Notes: generated by a model not told the origin, from the sequence alone. A stretch of 63,841 bases of DNA, filler included, from Neolecta irregularis DAH-3 (GCA_001929475.1; 7 parts of 7 records of this genome joined end to end with filler, not necessarily neighbours in it); one strand, 5' to 3'; positions 27,351-39,140 are shown, numbered from the whole stretch's first letter. Made by a program: numbers and translations.

Positions 27351-29456
27351 CTAATCTGGGCTACTCAAGCATTTAGGTATCGTAACATTTCGGAAATCCT
27401 GGAACCCATTCCTCAAATCCTCTAACCATGCCTCATCATTCACTTCGCTTTCAGCGTTGCTTTTATACGCGAGAAGAATCTCGAGGACCTTCTTCAGATT
27501 TTCCTTTGATCCTAATACTTCAACCAACTGTCCAGAAATTCCGTTCAATAAGAGATAACGCTTTCGTTTGCCATATAAAGCGGCATAAGCCACAAGCTGC
27601 AATACATGGTTAGGCATAAGCTTTTCCGTCCATTTCAATTCGAATAGGTTCCTGCCATCAATAGCATCAATTCTTCCCCGAACAGATGCGTTTGACAGTG
27701 TTTGATAAGTCAACACCTCATATCGCGTTTTAGGAGACAGATGCTTTGAATAATTCTTAAGACTTAACCCAACATGTTTTTGAAGAACCCAGTCGTATTT
27801 TTTGATCTGAACCAATTTGGCTAAATAATACGACTGCAGGTACATAGCAACATTCGCCAATAGAAGAACATCTGAGAGCTCTAGTGTTGATGGTTTCATA
27901 ATCTTAACTCTAGCAAGAATATGCGAGGGGATAATTTGAATGAAACGATGATCGAACTTCAAGTCATCCTTCACACTCTTTAAAAGCGTGCATCTTTTCG
28001 TTCGATGATATTCATACAATGCAGGAAGGGCAGTTCCATTAATCTCTGCTACACTTTCAGTTAACCCATTAGGCTGAATAACCCATGAAGGAGGATATAG
28101 ATGTCTCGGACGCATCGTTGGTTTGTTGAGTAATAAACATTTGATATGAGTGAAACAGCGAGTGACAAGAGAATCTGGAATATTACTTGTCAGCTGGGTA
28201 ACCGAATATGTAGGTAGTTGCGCAGATTTGGGTTTCGGCTTGATTACTCTTTTTGAAATGACCTGTGCAGTCTCGTTCAATGTATCTGGACGAATGAATG
28301 AATGATAACGAAATTCATGACTATGGACGAGGGTTAGGTATTTCTTCGCTCGAGTCGCAGCAACATACTGCGCATTCGTAACATCATAAGTATCCCTTCG
28401 ATCATAATACATATGGTAACTTTTGTCAAAAGAGAATACTATAGCTGCGGATCGTTCAATTCCTTTTGCTTGGTGATATGTGCAAAACAACAATTTTCCG
28501 AGGCTCAAATCGGATGATACTCCTTCTTCGTCGGTTGATGGAATATAACAAGGAATATTCTCGTACTTTTGCGTAATCAAATTCGCCAGATACCTCGCTG
28601 GTGAATTCATAGACTTAATTGAAGGTGCAAGGATTAGAATATCCGAAGGATCGATGATAGATAGATAATATTCAAATTCTTCAAGCGTTTCATTCGACTT
28701 TGTGACATCACATATCAGATATCTTGGTTTTGGTCCGGTATGGATGGTATCTATCTTTAACATTGACATTTGTTTCTCCAAAAAGATTGCGATTTCCCGT
28801 GTAAATCGATAACTTGTTCGATGTTCTACAGTAACCCATTTTCGTGCTGAAGGAAATGCTTTTTCCGCAAAAGAGAGGAAACGAGAACTCGCACAGTTGT
28901 AATTATATATCGTTTGACGTACATCGCCCAGTGTCACATATTGTAGATTGTTTGAATATTCGTTATCAGCGATTACTTTTCGAACAAAAAGGTATAGTAT
29001 TGGGGTCATATCTTGCTGCTCATCCAAAATGAGTAAATCGAAAGAGATGGGCGACAAGGGAGGTCTACACATCTGTACCACACGCTTTAGACCCTGGTCA
29101 GTGGCACATTCTTTATCATAGTAAGAATATCCATGTCCATGAAAAGTCTGGACTGTCAGGTTTTTCAGGTTTAAAGATTCCAGCTTCTCCTTGGTCTCAA
29201 TCTGCAAGCGTTTGTTATACACAAAGGCGAGGATCTTTAGTTGAGGGTTATGTTGCGCAATTTGGAGAATTGTCGTTGTTTTTCCAGAGCCGGCAACGGA
29301 ATTGATTTTGACATTAAACTCGTCTTTGAGCGAATTTATTACATCTAATTGCGGCTTTGAGGGCGAAGGTAGATTGTAGCTCCGGTGTTGAATACGTAAT
29401 TTTATTGGAGACACCTGGACAAGATATCGTACCGGAAAACTTAAAAGAAACGACAT
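27351..29456 (-). CDS. SF1 UvrD/Rep-like helicase fused to a C-terminal PD-(D/E)xK (RecB/AddA-like) nuclease; intronless
   Basis: Walker A SVAGSGKTT, FVYNKRL, TFHG, Walker B LILDEQQD, LGDVRQTIY, TSYRF, TYHQAKGIE, YVAATRAK; nuclease RGRIDAI-ELK-HVLQLVAY. Confidence 0.88.
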   Translation of the reverse strand: MSFLLSFPVRYLVQVSPIKLRIQHRSYNLPSPSKPQLDVINSLKDEFNVKINSVAGSGKTTTILQIAQHNPQLKILAFVYNKRLQIETKEKLESLNLKNLTVQTFHGHGYSYYDKECATDQGLKRVVQMCRPPLSPISFDLLILDEQQDMTPILYLFVRKVIADNEYSNNLQYVTLGDVRQTIYNYNCASSRFLSFAEKAFPSARKWVTVEHRTSYRFTREIAIFLEKQMSMLKIDTIHTGPKPRYLICDVTKSNETLEEFEYYLSIIDPSDILILAPSIKSMNSPARYLANLITQKYENIPCYIPSTDEEGVSSDLSLGKLLFCTYHQAKGIERSAAIVFSFDKSYHMYYDRRDTYDVTNAQYVAATRAKKYLTLVHSHEFRYHSFIRPDTLNETAQVISKRVIKPKPKSAQLPTYSVTQLTSNIPDSLVTRCFTHIKCLLLNKPTMRPRHLYPPSWVIQPNGLTESVAEINGTALPALYEYHRTKRCTLLKSVKDDLKFDHRFIQIIPSHILARVKIMKPSTLELSDVLLLANVAMYLQSYYLAKLVQIKKYDWVLQKHVGLSLKNYSKHLSPKTRYEVLTYQTLSNASVRGRIDAIDGRNLFELKWTEKLMPNHVLQLVAYAALYGKRKRYLLLNGISGQLVEVLGSKENLKKVLEILLAYKSNAESEVNDEAWLEDLRNGFQDFRNVTIPKCLSSPD

Positions 29457-29645
29457 GAGCCTAAATCAGACGTTGAGCTTAAGACTTGGGCAAACCAGCA
29501 CTGTAGGACCTGCAGGTCTTTTTCAAAATCACTTCAATGAATGGGCCAATTGTAACTTCATTCCTGAAGTGGAGTGTATTCGTTGTGTAGCGTTAAGCTT
29601 ACAATATGTTCTCGAAAGTTTCGCAGTACTACTATCTCACATAGA

Positions 29646-29711
29646 CAGACTTGCTAACAAGTAAGCAAGTCCAATTCTGGACTTTGGACTTGCTTGCTTG
29701 CATATTTCAGG
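29646..29711. mobile_element. Left end of the CAAGTAAGCAAGT-repeat TIR element
   Basis: Starts CAGACTTGCT, contains CAAGTAAGCAAGT and GACTTGCTTGCTTG; scaffold breaks here. Confidence 0.6.
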
Positions 29712-29811
29712 NNNNNNNNNNNNNNNNNNNNNNNNNNNNNNNNNNNNNNNNNNNNTTAATTAATTAANNNNNNNNNNNNNNNNNNNNNNNNNNNNNNNNN
29801 NNNNNNNNNNN
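29712..29811. other. Artificial scaffold linker
   Basis: N-TTAATTAATTAA-N block. Confidence 0.98.
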
Positions 29812-29996
29812 CGACGCCACAAACACGCCACAACCGCACCCACATGCGCCCCCTGCACAAGCACTTCCCGCGCGTGGGGGTTGCCCGGAGCCGCTCCCAC
29901 GCTCGTGCTGCTTGCACAAACCACCCGCAGTTCGCTTGCAACATCGCCAAGATCGATGCCAAACGCATCCAGGTTTGCAATCCGCATCACCACCTT
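29812..29996. repeat. 185-bp near-identical copy of 41051-41235 (eIF2D 3' exon)
   Basis: Direct comparison shows two substitutions (GTGGGGG/GTGGAGG, CGCAGTT/CGCAATT); isolated between a linker and an N10 gap. Confidence 0.93.
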
Positions 29997-30542
29997 NNNN
30001 NNNNNNATCAGTGTGTCACACGACAATGGTTCACGTAGTATTTCGCACGATTATCTGATGGGTTTTTCTATTATTTTATGCTTCCTTGGTTTGCTACAAT
30101 GACGCGGCTCATACTTGTAAATCTATAAGTCCTGTATCCCCACATTTGTAAGACAGGTAGATAATGCTCTATTCATCCTGCTAAGAATCAAAGAATTATT
30201 TTCCACTTTTTCCTCTATGTTGCCAGAATCCTAAAACCTCAAAGGCTCTACAACTACAACCTGTGTGTAACAAGTGGCATTGACGAAGCAGTAGGTTAGG
30301 CTTTAGTAAAGCTGAGCTGAAACGAGGCTATAATATTATACATAGATATAATTGCCGCTTGAATTACTCCACAATCTTCTACATTCGCACTATCTTATCA
30401 GGTGTATTGGCTCCACTCATGATTGTAGACATTTGTTTACAACATTCTACGTATAGAATTGAAATTTCGATTGCGAAAATGGGAAGCTGGATTACCGCAG
30501 TAAATAATACTCGCCACCAAAGTTTGCATCACAAAAGTCGAT

Positions 30543-31224
30543 ATGCAGTATACCGCAGTTATCGTGGGATCTACTGGACTCGTAGGTTCCAAACTCCTTC
30601 AGCAACTCTCGGTCCACCCTGACTTTTCCCATGTAACTGCGCTATCCCGCCGCGAAATGCCCTCGATGCCCAAAGTACGAAACCAAGTAGTCGACTTTGC
30701 GAATCTTGAAGAATGCAAGAAGCATCTCAAAGCAGATTTCATGTTCTCCTGCCTTGGAACAACAAAAAAAGAGGCCGGCACGTTTGAAAATCAGTGGAAG
30801 ATCGATAATACGTTGAACTATGATCTCGCTAAGATTGCAAAAGACAACGGTGTAAAGGGATATATCCTATGTTCTTCCCAAGGCGCAAATCCAAATTCGT
30901 GGATAGGATATGCCAAAATGAAAGGGAAACTCGATTCAGATGTCATAGCCCTTGCTTTCGAAAAGGTCAAGATCGTACGACCAGGAATTATCATTGGAGA
31001 TAGGCCTCGTATCAGATTTCTAGAGAATGTAATTCAAGGCTTGTCTATTAGAATACCTTTAAAATGGGTGGTTCCGGCGATCAGGGCGGAAGATATTGCT
31101 ACGGTAGACATCTTTTGAACAATGGAATTTGATCGGACAGGCAATGATTAAACTGGCATTGGACGAGAAGAATACCGATATTATCGTGGCAAATGAAGGC
31201 TTAAAGGCACTTGCAGGAGTATGA
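30543..31224 (+). CDS. FMP52: NAD(P)-binding Rossmann protein, Fmp52/HTATIP2 family
   Basis: VIVGSTGLVG, FSCLGTTKKEAG, KIDNTLNYDLA, SSQGANPNS, YAKMKG, VRPGIIIGDR. Confidence 0.82.
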
Positions 31225-31514
31225 GAGTGATGTCTTCAAGTCACTATGGAAGCTATTTTCTATTCGTTGATATAGAATGGGCGGATCTCCCAAAAGTTAG
31301 TTAGGCTTCTACACAACAACCAATATAGCTCATTGGCGTGAAATCATGATGCATTGATTGAATACAAATGCGATCCGGCATTGCTAGATATATTTGCGAG
31401 CATATCATCACATTAAACAACTTCTATACAGCGCCAAAAGAGAGGTAAAAATACAATTCCCCGATAATATACAAGCATATCAAAACAGACAATAAAGATA
31501 CGAAAAGGTTGAGG

Positions 31515-32877
31515 TTAGGCTTTTCTCACAACGAACCCTGCATACGCTTCCTGAACGACATCACTGCGTTTCTTGAGCGGGCTAATAAGTCGCGTGACTT
31601 TGGCTTCCCTATCTTCATCCTCATCGTCGAAGAGAGTCTTTCTAGTGTTCAGTTTCCGTTTTTTCTTTTTCACTGGCTTTTCTTCGATGAGATCATGTGG
31701 TTCTTCGATAATTGGTGGATCACTAGTCTTCGGACTAGGCGGCAACAATTCCATTTTTTTATTGAGAAAAGGTGTGGTGCTAAATGAACTGATGGTAGTT
31801 GATGTGCGTTTGGCTATCGGTTTTACGACTGGAGGTGTTTCCAAATACGAAGGTTCAATATGAACCGTTTTTTCTATTATTTTTAGTTTATATGACCTCT
31901 AATTTGTCTTACTTGGTTTCTTATTCTTCAAGCTCTCCAATTTCTTTTCCAGTACTGCAAGCTTTTTAGCGTGGTCTTCTTTGGCTTTATCGAGCGCAAC
32001 AAGAGATTTTTCGGCTACAGTCGTTTGGTGCTTCAACTGGGCACGAAGATCCGCAATGTCTTTTTGATATGACTTTTCGAGCTCCGTTTGTTCTAACGAA
32101 ACTTTATGAAGGCGAGTAGATATTTTCTTTTCATTTTCTAAGTCGACCTAGAGACTGAGTTGTGGTCAATTGAATGTGGAAAATACTTGAAGTTGAAAAA
32201 CTTGCCTTTGCAGTGCGTTCTTATCCGCGGATGAACCTACAAGCGATTCGTTCAGCTTTTTTAGAGTGGTCATTTCAGTTTGCAAAACTGCTAGTTGTCT
32301 TTGCAGACCCCCTTTTTCGATATTCTCAGCTTTCGATTTGTCGAGCTGACGTTGAAGTGAGGAAACTTCTGATTGGAGGACTTTTGTTCTCGACTCCCAG
32401 TCTGATTTCTCAGCGGCAGAAGCTTGGGATATGCTGGATTTGAGGGCGACAAGTTGGGTCTGTGTTTTGTTGGCAGGGAATTGTAAAGGAGAAATACTTG
32501 TAGAGTTGAGACTTGCTCCCTGGATGATACGAGTTCTGCATTTCGCTGAGAATATTCAGCAAGGAGTGATTGGATTTGAGGTTCGAATTTTATAGATTCA
32601 TTCTTCATGTCAGTCAATGTTCATCAATCCATTATGCCTTGAGACTCTCAATAGTCGTCTCCATACCCTCAATATCCTGTTTCAACTCCCCATTCTCCGC
32701 CTCTAAAAGGGCCATTTGGATCGCCGCAAGTCGAGCAGCCTCAAGCTGCTCTACTTCGCGAATCGCATGGATGGACTGGATGTAGGTGAGGTATTTCTCG
32801 CTGCACTTGGCTGTTTGAAAAAGATCAAGAGTAGCAGCGGGCCAGTTTTGGTACGAGGATATGTCTGAAAGGCGCAT
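31515..32877 (-). CDS. Coiled-coil protein with C-terminal STTPFL, KKKKRKL and SPLKKR motifs; possible monopolin subunit (Mde4/Lrs4-like)
   Basis: Spliced frame from ATG 32877 (MRLSDISS...) through coiled-coil exons to ORF 31515-31844; family assignment from recalled motif similarity only. Confidence 0.6.
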
Positions 32878-33097
32878 TGGGAGTATGAGCAATGCAGATT
32901 TGATAAAACGCAACAACAAACATGGTGTAGCACAGGATTTTCCACCAAACTCGCTGTTCTTGGATATATGTTCAGCGAGACTGGGAATTAGCAGAAATAG
33001 CATCGAGAAAATGATTCCATGTATACAACAGGCAGATAACTTTTTCGTTAATGTTACCACCAGAACTCCTATCTGCCAATTTCCAGCTTGGAACAAT

Positions 33098-34236
33098 ATG
33101 CATCTCCTCGCAGTTGCAATTCTTCCCATTCTCGCATTCGCCAAATCGCTGCCGGAACTCGCAAAGTCTACTCGTTCAGGCGTGATAACCCTGTCAGATT
33201 CAAACTATCATAAAATCGCCGCATTTCCACGAAATCATACGGCCATAGTTGTCCTCACTGCTCTTGGTTCTCAGTTCAACTGCGATATCTGCAGGTATCC
33301 ATTCTTATAACGTAATTGACTGAGTTCTAGATTATTCGACCCAGAGTACAAGATCTTAGCGAGAAGTTGGCAAAAAAGCCATGGGGGACAACCCAACAAC
33401 GTGTATTTCTCTCAATTAGACTTGAACGACGGAAAACAGACTTTTCGAAGCGTATTCTTACAGTTTTGATGCATCTGAAGTTAGCTTGGAGTACAACATG
33501 CCCCCAATTTATGGATCTATACCCCTCGCGAAGCCGATCCCATCAAATACGTCTTCCAACCACAGTATTTCAAATCATACCTACTATACGATTAACACTA
33601 GGCCTAATGCTGAGATCGTCGCGAAATTTATATCTTCAGTTATAGGGGATTCGGTACCCATTATTCGACCGTTCAACTACAACAAATTATTTGCTGCCAT
33701 TCTCTTCATCATTGCAACAGGCTCAGTCATTAAACTTCTCTGGAATCCATTTATGAATCTGGTTGGCAACAGGAACTTTTGGGCAATTTTAAGTTTGGTG
33801 AAGGCTCATACACGTTCTAAATTGATTGCGTAGTTCTCAATCATCCTCTTCATCTCTGGTCAAATGTTCAATCAAATTCGAGGTACTCCTTACCTAGTTT
33901 CAAATGGCAAAGGTGGAGTAGATTATGTTGCAGATGGTTTCGCAAATCAGCTTGGTCTGGAGTCTCAAATGGTCTGTGTGATCTGTATCCTCACCTCCTA
34001 CATCTCTCTTCTGACCAGACAGACATTCTATTAGGCCTAGCGGTCGCTAAGCTCACTTTCGATGTTCCTAAAAAGAGAACTGAAAAGGAACAAAATCTTT
34101 TGGTCTTTCTGTGGCTGGGAGTTATCTGGGTTGTTAACAGTGCCTTGTTGGACTTGTTCCACCTCAAAAATGTATAGTCTCCGGATTTAACTTTGCTTAT
34201 CACTAGACTGGTTATCCTTTCAGGTTACTCTTTTGA
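33098..34236 (+). CDS. OST3: Oligosaccharyltransferase gamma subunit (OST3/OST6 family)
   Basis: Signal peptide, thioredoxin-like CDIC, SGQMFNQIRGTPY, GFANQLGLESQ, C-terminal KN|TGYPFRLLF*. Confidence 0.9.
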
Positions 34237-34621
34237 ACCTAGCTAGATCTACCGCAAGAAAGAGGACTGCTAGTACCAGCTTGTCTTACAGTGATATATA
34301 TACACAATTCTTCCTCTTTCACCAAGGTTTCAGCAGTCACCGTTGATTAATAACTGGGCCTCTTTTATCAACCACTTCATTTTTGAATTATGCTTATTCA
34401 CCATTTTCCTCGCTTACACAAATATCTTCCCCTTCCAATGATAACCAAGAAAATGGCCTCCTTTACAACTGTAAACCCTTTTCAGTGTCATTCACCCCGT
34501 TGTTCTTTTACACTCTTAATATGTGCAGATATTCAGCGTCGTGAACTGAAACGATAGTAATCCGGGCGACAACAAATGAGCCAACAGCACGTGAGAGCAC
34601 GACGACATTCAACGCTTTGAA

Positions 34622-35515
34622 ATGCAAAAATTAATCAATCATCAATTATTTTCATCGTTTTATCGATATTTTTCTACGACTCAGGTACAATGCAGTAGAA
34701 GTGGCTCTTCCTCAATATGGTTAAATCGACAATCTCGAGATCCGTATACACGGGACGCAAGGTCGAATCAATTCCGTGCAAGGTCAGCTTACAAACTTAT
34801 CGAGGTATATCCACTGATAATAGAAAAATCTTAAGAACAAGTTGAATCGTATACACAGGCTGTTTAAACCTGGAATGGCTATTGTTGATCTTGTACTACT
34901 CATGAAATCAAGGCTGATATGAAGGGATTTGCACCAGGTTCTTGGAGTCAAGTTGCGATTAGAGAAGTTGGACCATCGGGGAAGGTTATCGGAGTCGACT
35001 TGATTTCAACAATCCCACCTCCGGGGGTAATCGGAATTCAGGGAGATCTCCTTGATCCAATAGTCCAACAAAATATTCATAATCATCTCGTGAATTCTGG
35101 AGACACCTCAACGGTTCTTCAGGATCACAAGGTGGCAGATGTTATTCTTTCCGATATGTATATCTCTTCCCAAGACTCACTTGTTGACATTTTCAAAGGA
35201 TGATGAATACATCCGGGATCAAACTCCGAGACCATCAGTTTTCAATCGTACAGTTGCCTTTCTCCAGTTCTTAATATTCAGGATCTCTGCGATGCGGCGC
35301 TATTATTCTGTGCCGAAACGTTGAAATCTAACGGTTCATTTGTATGTAAATATTACTCGGGTGATCAAGACTCGGCTCTTGAGAAGCGTATCAAAACACT
35401 GTTTCAGACAGTCAAGAGAGTGAAACCAGGCGCTTGCAGAAAGGAAAGCAGAGAAGCCTATTTTGTTGGACTGAAGAGGAAAAGTAATGTTTCGCGACAA
35501 GATATGGGATTTTAA
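34622..35515 (+). CDS. MRM2: Mitochondrial rRNA 2'-O-methyltransferase (FtsJ/RrmJ family)
   Basis: Presequence, WLNRQSRDPY, FRARSAYKLIE, DL|GFAPGSWSQV, VILSDM, FVCKYY, KPGACRKESREAYFVG. Confidence 0.92.
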
Positions 35516-35873
35516 GAAGAAATCTGGCCAAGGCCCTCTCTGAGAAGGCACTCGATCCCATGGAAATGTTTATCAAAAGCAACATCACTATCTCTTACGA
35601 CTATTTAAAGGTTTGGAAAGAACGGGAAAGTGCCACTGGTATGTGTAGACAGCACAATGGCATCTCACATGAAGGGCATGATCGAATGGACACAAATCTT
35701 GACGATTGATATTCTAGCCGACTTGTGTTTCGGGGGATTACTACATGATGGTTAATTTTTGAAACCATTCGTTGATTGGACTGCAAAAAATACTTTCCTT
35801 GTGATTGTTAATGGTTTCTCTGTAATACTTGTGAAATTAGTATATTTTGGCTTATCCAAAGCTTTCACCATTC

Positions 35874-36181
35874 TGTAACGGAGATGCTCCCGGAGTAAAG
35901 CCTGGATAGCGATAAAGGGAGGAGGGGAGACTTCCCCGGCGTATGAGAGGGGCGTAGCTTAGACACTAAGTAGCCATGTATATGTAGTACCTGTGTGGAA
36001 GATGGCCGTCATCCTTACGGTGACTGTTACACAGAGATCTGGCCGTTAGCCCTCTGCTATACATTCATTCGTGTCGCACCAAGGCCGCTAACGAAGCGCT
36101 ATTGCATTTGAGTTTAACTCTCTTCATCCCACTTCTCCTACCTTTTTGGATCCCAGAGCTTAGGGCGGATTCTGCGTGACA
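35874..36181. mobile_element. Probable solo LTR (308 bp)
   Basis: Begins TGTAACGGAGA and ends TCTGCGTGACA (9/11 inverted match, TG...CA); GC-richer than flanks; no clean TSD. Confidence 0.55.
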
Positions 36182-36847
36182 ATCGTATTCAGCCAGGGCT
36201 AACCATTTACATGTTTTCATCATGGACTAGCTATCTCTACACTAACTAAACTGAACAACTAACCGGAGCATACTCACTAAGACTAATTCTACTCCATTTT
36301 CATATCTATAGAATAGCAATATCACCAGGTTTTTCTCATTGTCCCAAGTGCGAATGATCAAAATCGTGTATTTCATGCATACCTCGCCTGCAATATTGCA
36401 GATCAGTTTTTCGGCTTCAAATTTAGATACAACGATATTTTGAATAAAAGGGCTAGTGACGTGATTGGATGGAATTCCGGTGTAAAACAGAAAGGTTTGA
36501 CTACCGAGCCGAGAGCACGACTATTTTATTACTAATATATATGTGTGATGTCAGAGAGGCCTCCCAAGAAACAGGAGAAGTGACGACGATTCCTAGAGCG
36601 TAAAGGTCAGTTTTCCCAACAATATTGACTCGAGGTAGGTGCCCCAACAAGATTTAAATGGAAGGCCTTATCAATATGTTCCTTAAAAGGACAAATGGAA
36701 TGAGAATAACGACAACCGCCCAAACAAATCCTCATGCGGATGTTTGGGACGAGGACTAATTCTATAACCAATCAGATAGCACAAATAAAACTTGATTATG
36801 ATTCATAGCAACTGGCATCATCAAGTTTGTTTTCTTATTATTGCACA

Positions 36848-38215
36848 CTAGTCAGCCTTACTCCGTCCCAATGGTCCAATCCCATTTTCATTTCTAAAGA
36901 ATACCACATCGCCAGTATCAGGAACATACTGACAAGTTCTCACTGTTCTCCAAAGAGCAAGAGGGATGGGAGTAGTGTCTTTCATGTATGCTTCACCCAT
37001 GACCTTGCGAATCGCTTTTGTTGCTTCCTCGGCGTGGTAAAACGGCATTCTGGAAACAAAGTGGTGGGCGACGTGGGTTTCGATGATGCGATGGAAAAGG
37101 TGAGTGCCGATAAAGCCGAAATCGCGATCAATAGTACAAGATGCACCCCGGACAAAGTTCCATTGAGAACAGCGGTAGTGAGGTAGTGCAGGGTCAGTGT
37201 GTTGAAGATATGTTATCCAAACAAGATTAGAACTGCAATATTAGTCGTTTGGCTAGGGAGAATGAGTACTTGACATAGAGATAAGGGACCCCATAGTAGA
37301 GCAGGACATTTAACCAGCCGAATTTCTGGATGCAAGCGTATATTGCATAACCAACAATGGCCACTCCGAGATCAGAGACAAGAATCCATTTCCCCTGTCC
37401 CTTTTCAAAAAGAGGAAAGCCAGGGTCAAAGTGGCTTGTTCGATAGTTGTTATAATTTTGACCAGTGATATCAAGCAGGAGATAGGCAGGCCATCCCAAG
37501 AGTTGTTGCACGATGAGACGGATGATACTATATAATGGGGTTTCTCCGAGCAGTTCTGACAATTCTTCTCCCCGCTTTTCAAGTTTGAGTTTGAGGGTTC
37601 TTGGAACGAACACGACATCCTTTTCTAGAACTTGTAAATCACAAAATGGGAGAGGTCGTACCCATTGAGCCTGTATGTTTATGATGTTTTCCGTGGCTAA
37701 ATTTCCATGAAAAGTATGGAACGAGAAGAAGAGAATGTAGGGTCCAGCCTACCAAGTCGCAGACAAACCCGCTCCCACTGAATGCTCCGTGTCCACATTC
37801 ATGAGCAAGGACCCAGATACCGGTCATGAAGGCACCTTGGAGTGCAGTATATGCGAACCAAGCGAGGAATTGAAGGGCGAAATAGGGAAGTGAAGGGATG
37901 TAAGTAGCACAGTAGCCAGCTGTTGCGATCAGGAAAACATCTCGAAGGACATAAGACAGCCCGCGTAAAGCGAATCTGTCAAAGCAGTGTTTTGGAATTG
38001 CATCGTATATTTCTTTGATGGAAAACTCTGAGGTAAGACAGTGGCGGAAACAGAATAGACCTGGAGGTGAAAATTCACGGCCATAGCTATCTGTATAGAC
38101 GTCTTTTCCTATCGGAGAAGTCTGTGGATCTATTGAAACAGGTCTGAGGTGAGTATGACTAGATTGGAGCTGAAGAGTACCGCTGGATGTCGATTTTGTC
38201 GTTGAAGGGAGCCAT
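36848..38215 (-). CDS. FAD2: Delta-12 (omega-6) fatty acid desaturase
   Basis: IKEIYDAIPKHCF, His boxes HECGH, HGKHH, HVAHH; TYLQHTDP; ATIDRDFG; PFYHAEEAT. Confidence 0.94.
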
Positions 38216-38524
38216 TTAAGAATAGGAGGGGAGACAGAAATTAAAGCCGTAGTTCCACGTTTAAATAGCGAGCTGTTAACCGTTTGGTGGCGTTAGGGCT
38301 GCGGCTGCAAGGATATGCCCTCGGGTATATCTTCCCAAGATAGTAATACCTCACCAACGGGGTAAGGAGGCTTGATGTAAATATTATCACTTGCACCTAA
38401 CGAATGTGGAGATCAAGGGTATAGAATTCATTATAATTCGTTGTATCGTGATAGTGAAGTAGAAAAATACAAGATCCAAGCCAATCAAATCCAAGTGAAT
38501 CAGAGAGTAACTTGATTCAGCCAT

Positions 38525-39140
38525 CTATATCTTGATGATGATGTATGTGATGTTTTTGAACTTGTCTACTACGACTCCGAGAGAACGTCCCAACATCACG
38601 TCTTCCATTACAACATGGCCGGACATTATCCAATGAATTCGCGCCAGAATATCTTGCTGGGATTCAAAAAGTGGTAGCTGCGCCGGATCTTGCAGCTTGG
38701 ATATTGAGGTTGCATTGACTACTTGCAACTCTTTCTGACTGATCTCACATTCACTTTGTACACCTATTGAAAGCATCTATACTTCGATCTCACGGTCGTC
38801 ACTGGTTTTGAAAGCCTGAGTTGCAATTCCCTTGGTCTTTATATCTTGAGGTAACTCATCAGTTTGTATGCCGTTATCCAATAGTGATTTTGCAACAGGT
38901 TGATATATGACAACTTCCTTGACAACTTTATCTTTTTGTAATTCAACTCTGACGACTTCAATTTCTCGAACTTTGGGCTTGAAGCCGGTCTGGCACGGTT
39001 GGTCTGTTGTCATTTTTTCTAGAGGATTCTCGCGATCAGAGTTGAAGGTTACAACAAGGGGCTCCTCAAGTTTATCCTCGCTAGCATGAGAGAATTGAGA
39101 ATCGATCATCAAAGGACTAATTGGTAATGATGTTACTTTC
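38525..39140 (-). pseudogene. Disrupted ORF with repeated GIQTD/ATQA/GVQSE motifs
   Basis: ORFs 38777-39112 and 38525-38776 are the same frame split by one TAG; MITE inserted immediately upstream. Confidence 0.5.

Noticed and set aside
35874-36200. Possible SRP, RNase MRP/P or telomerase RNA (CTGTAA start, GAGTTTAACTC hairpin)
   Set aside because: No SRP helix-8 motif, MRP/P conserved regions or CCCTAA template found; LTR-like termini explain it better.
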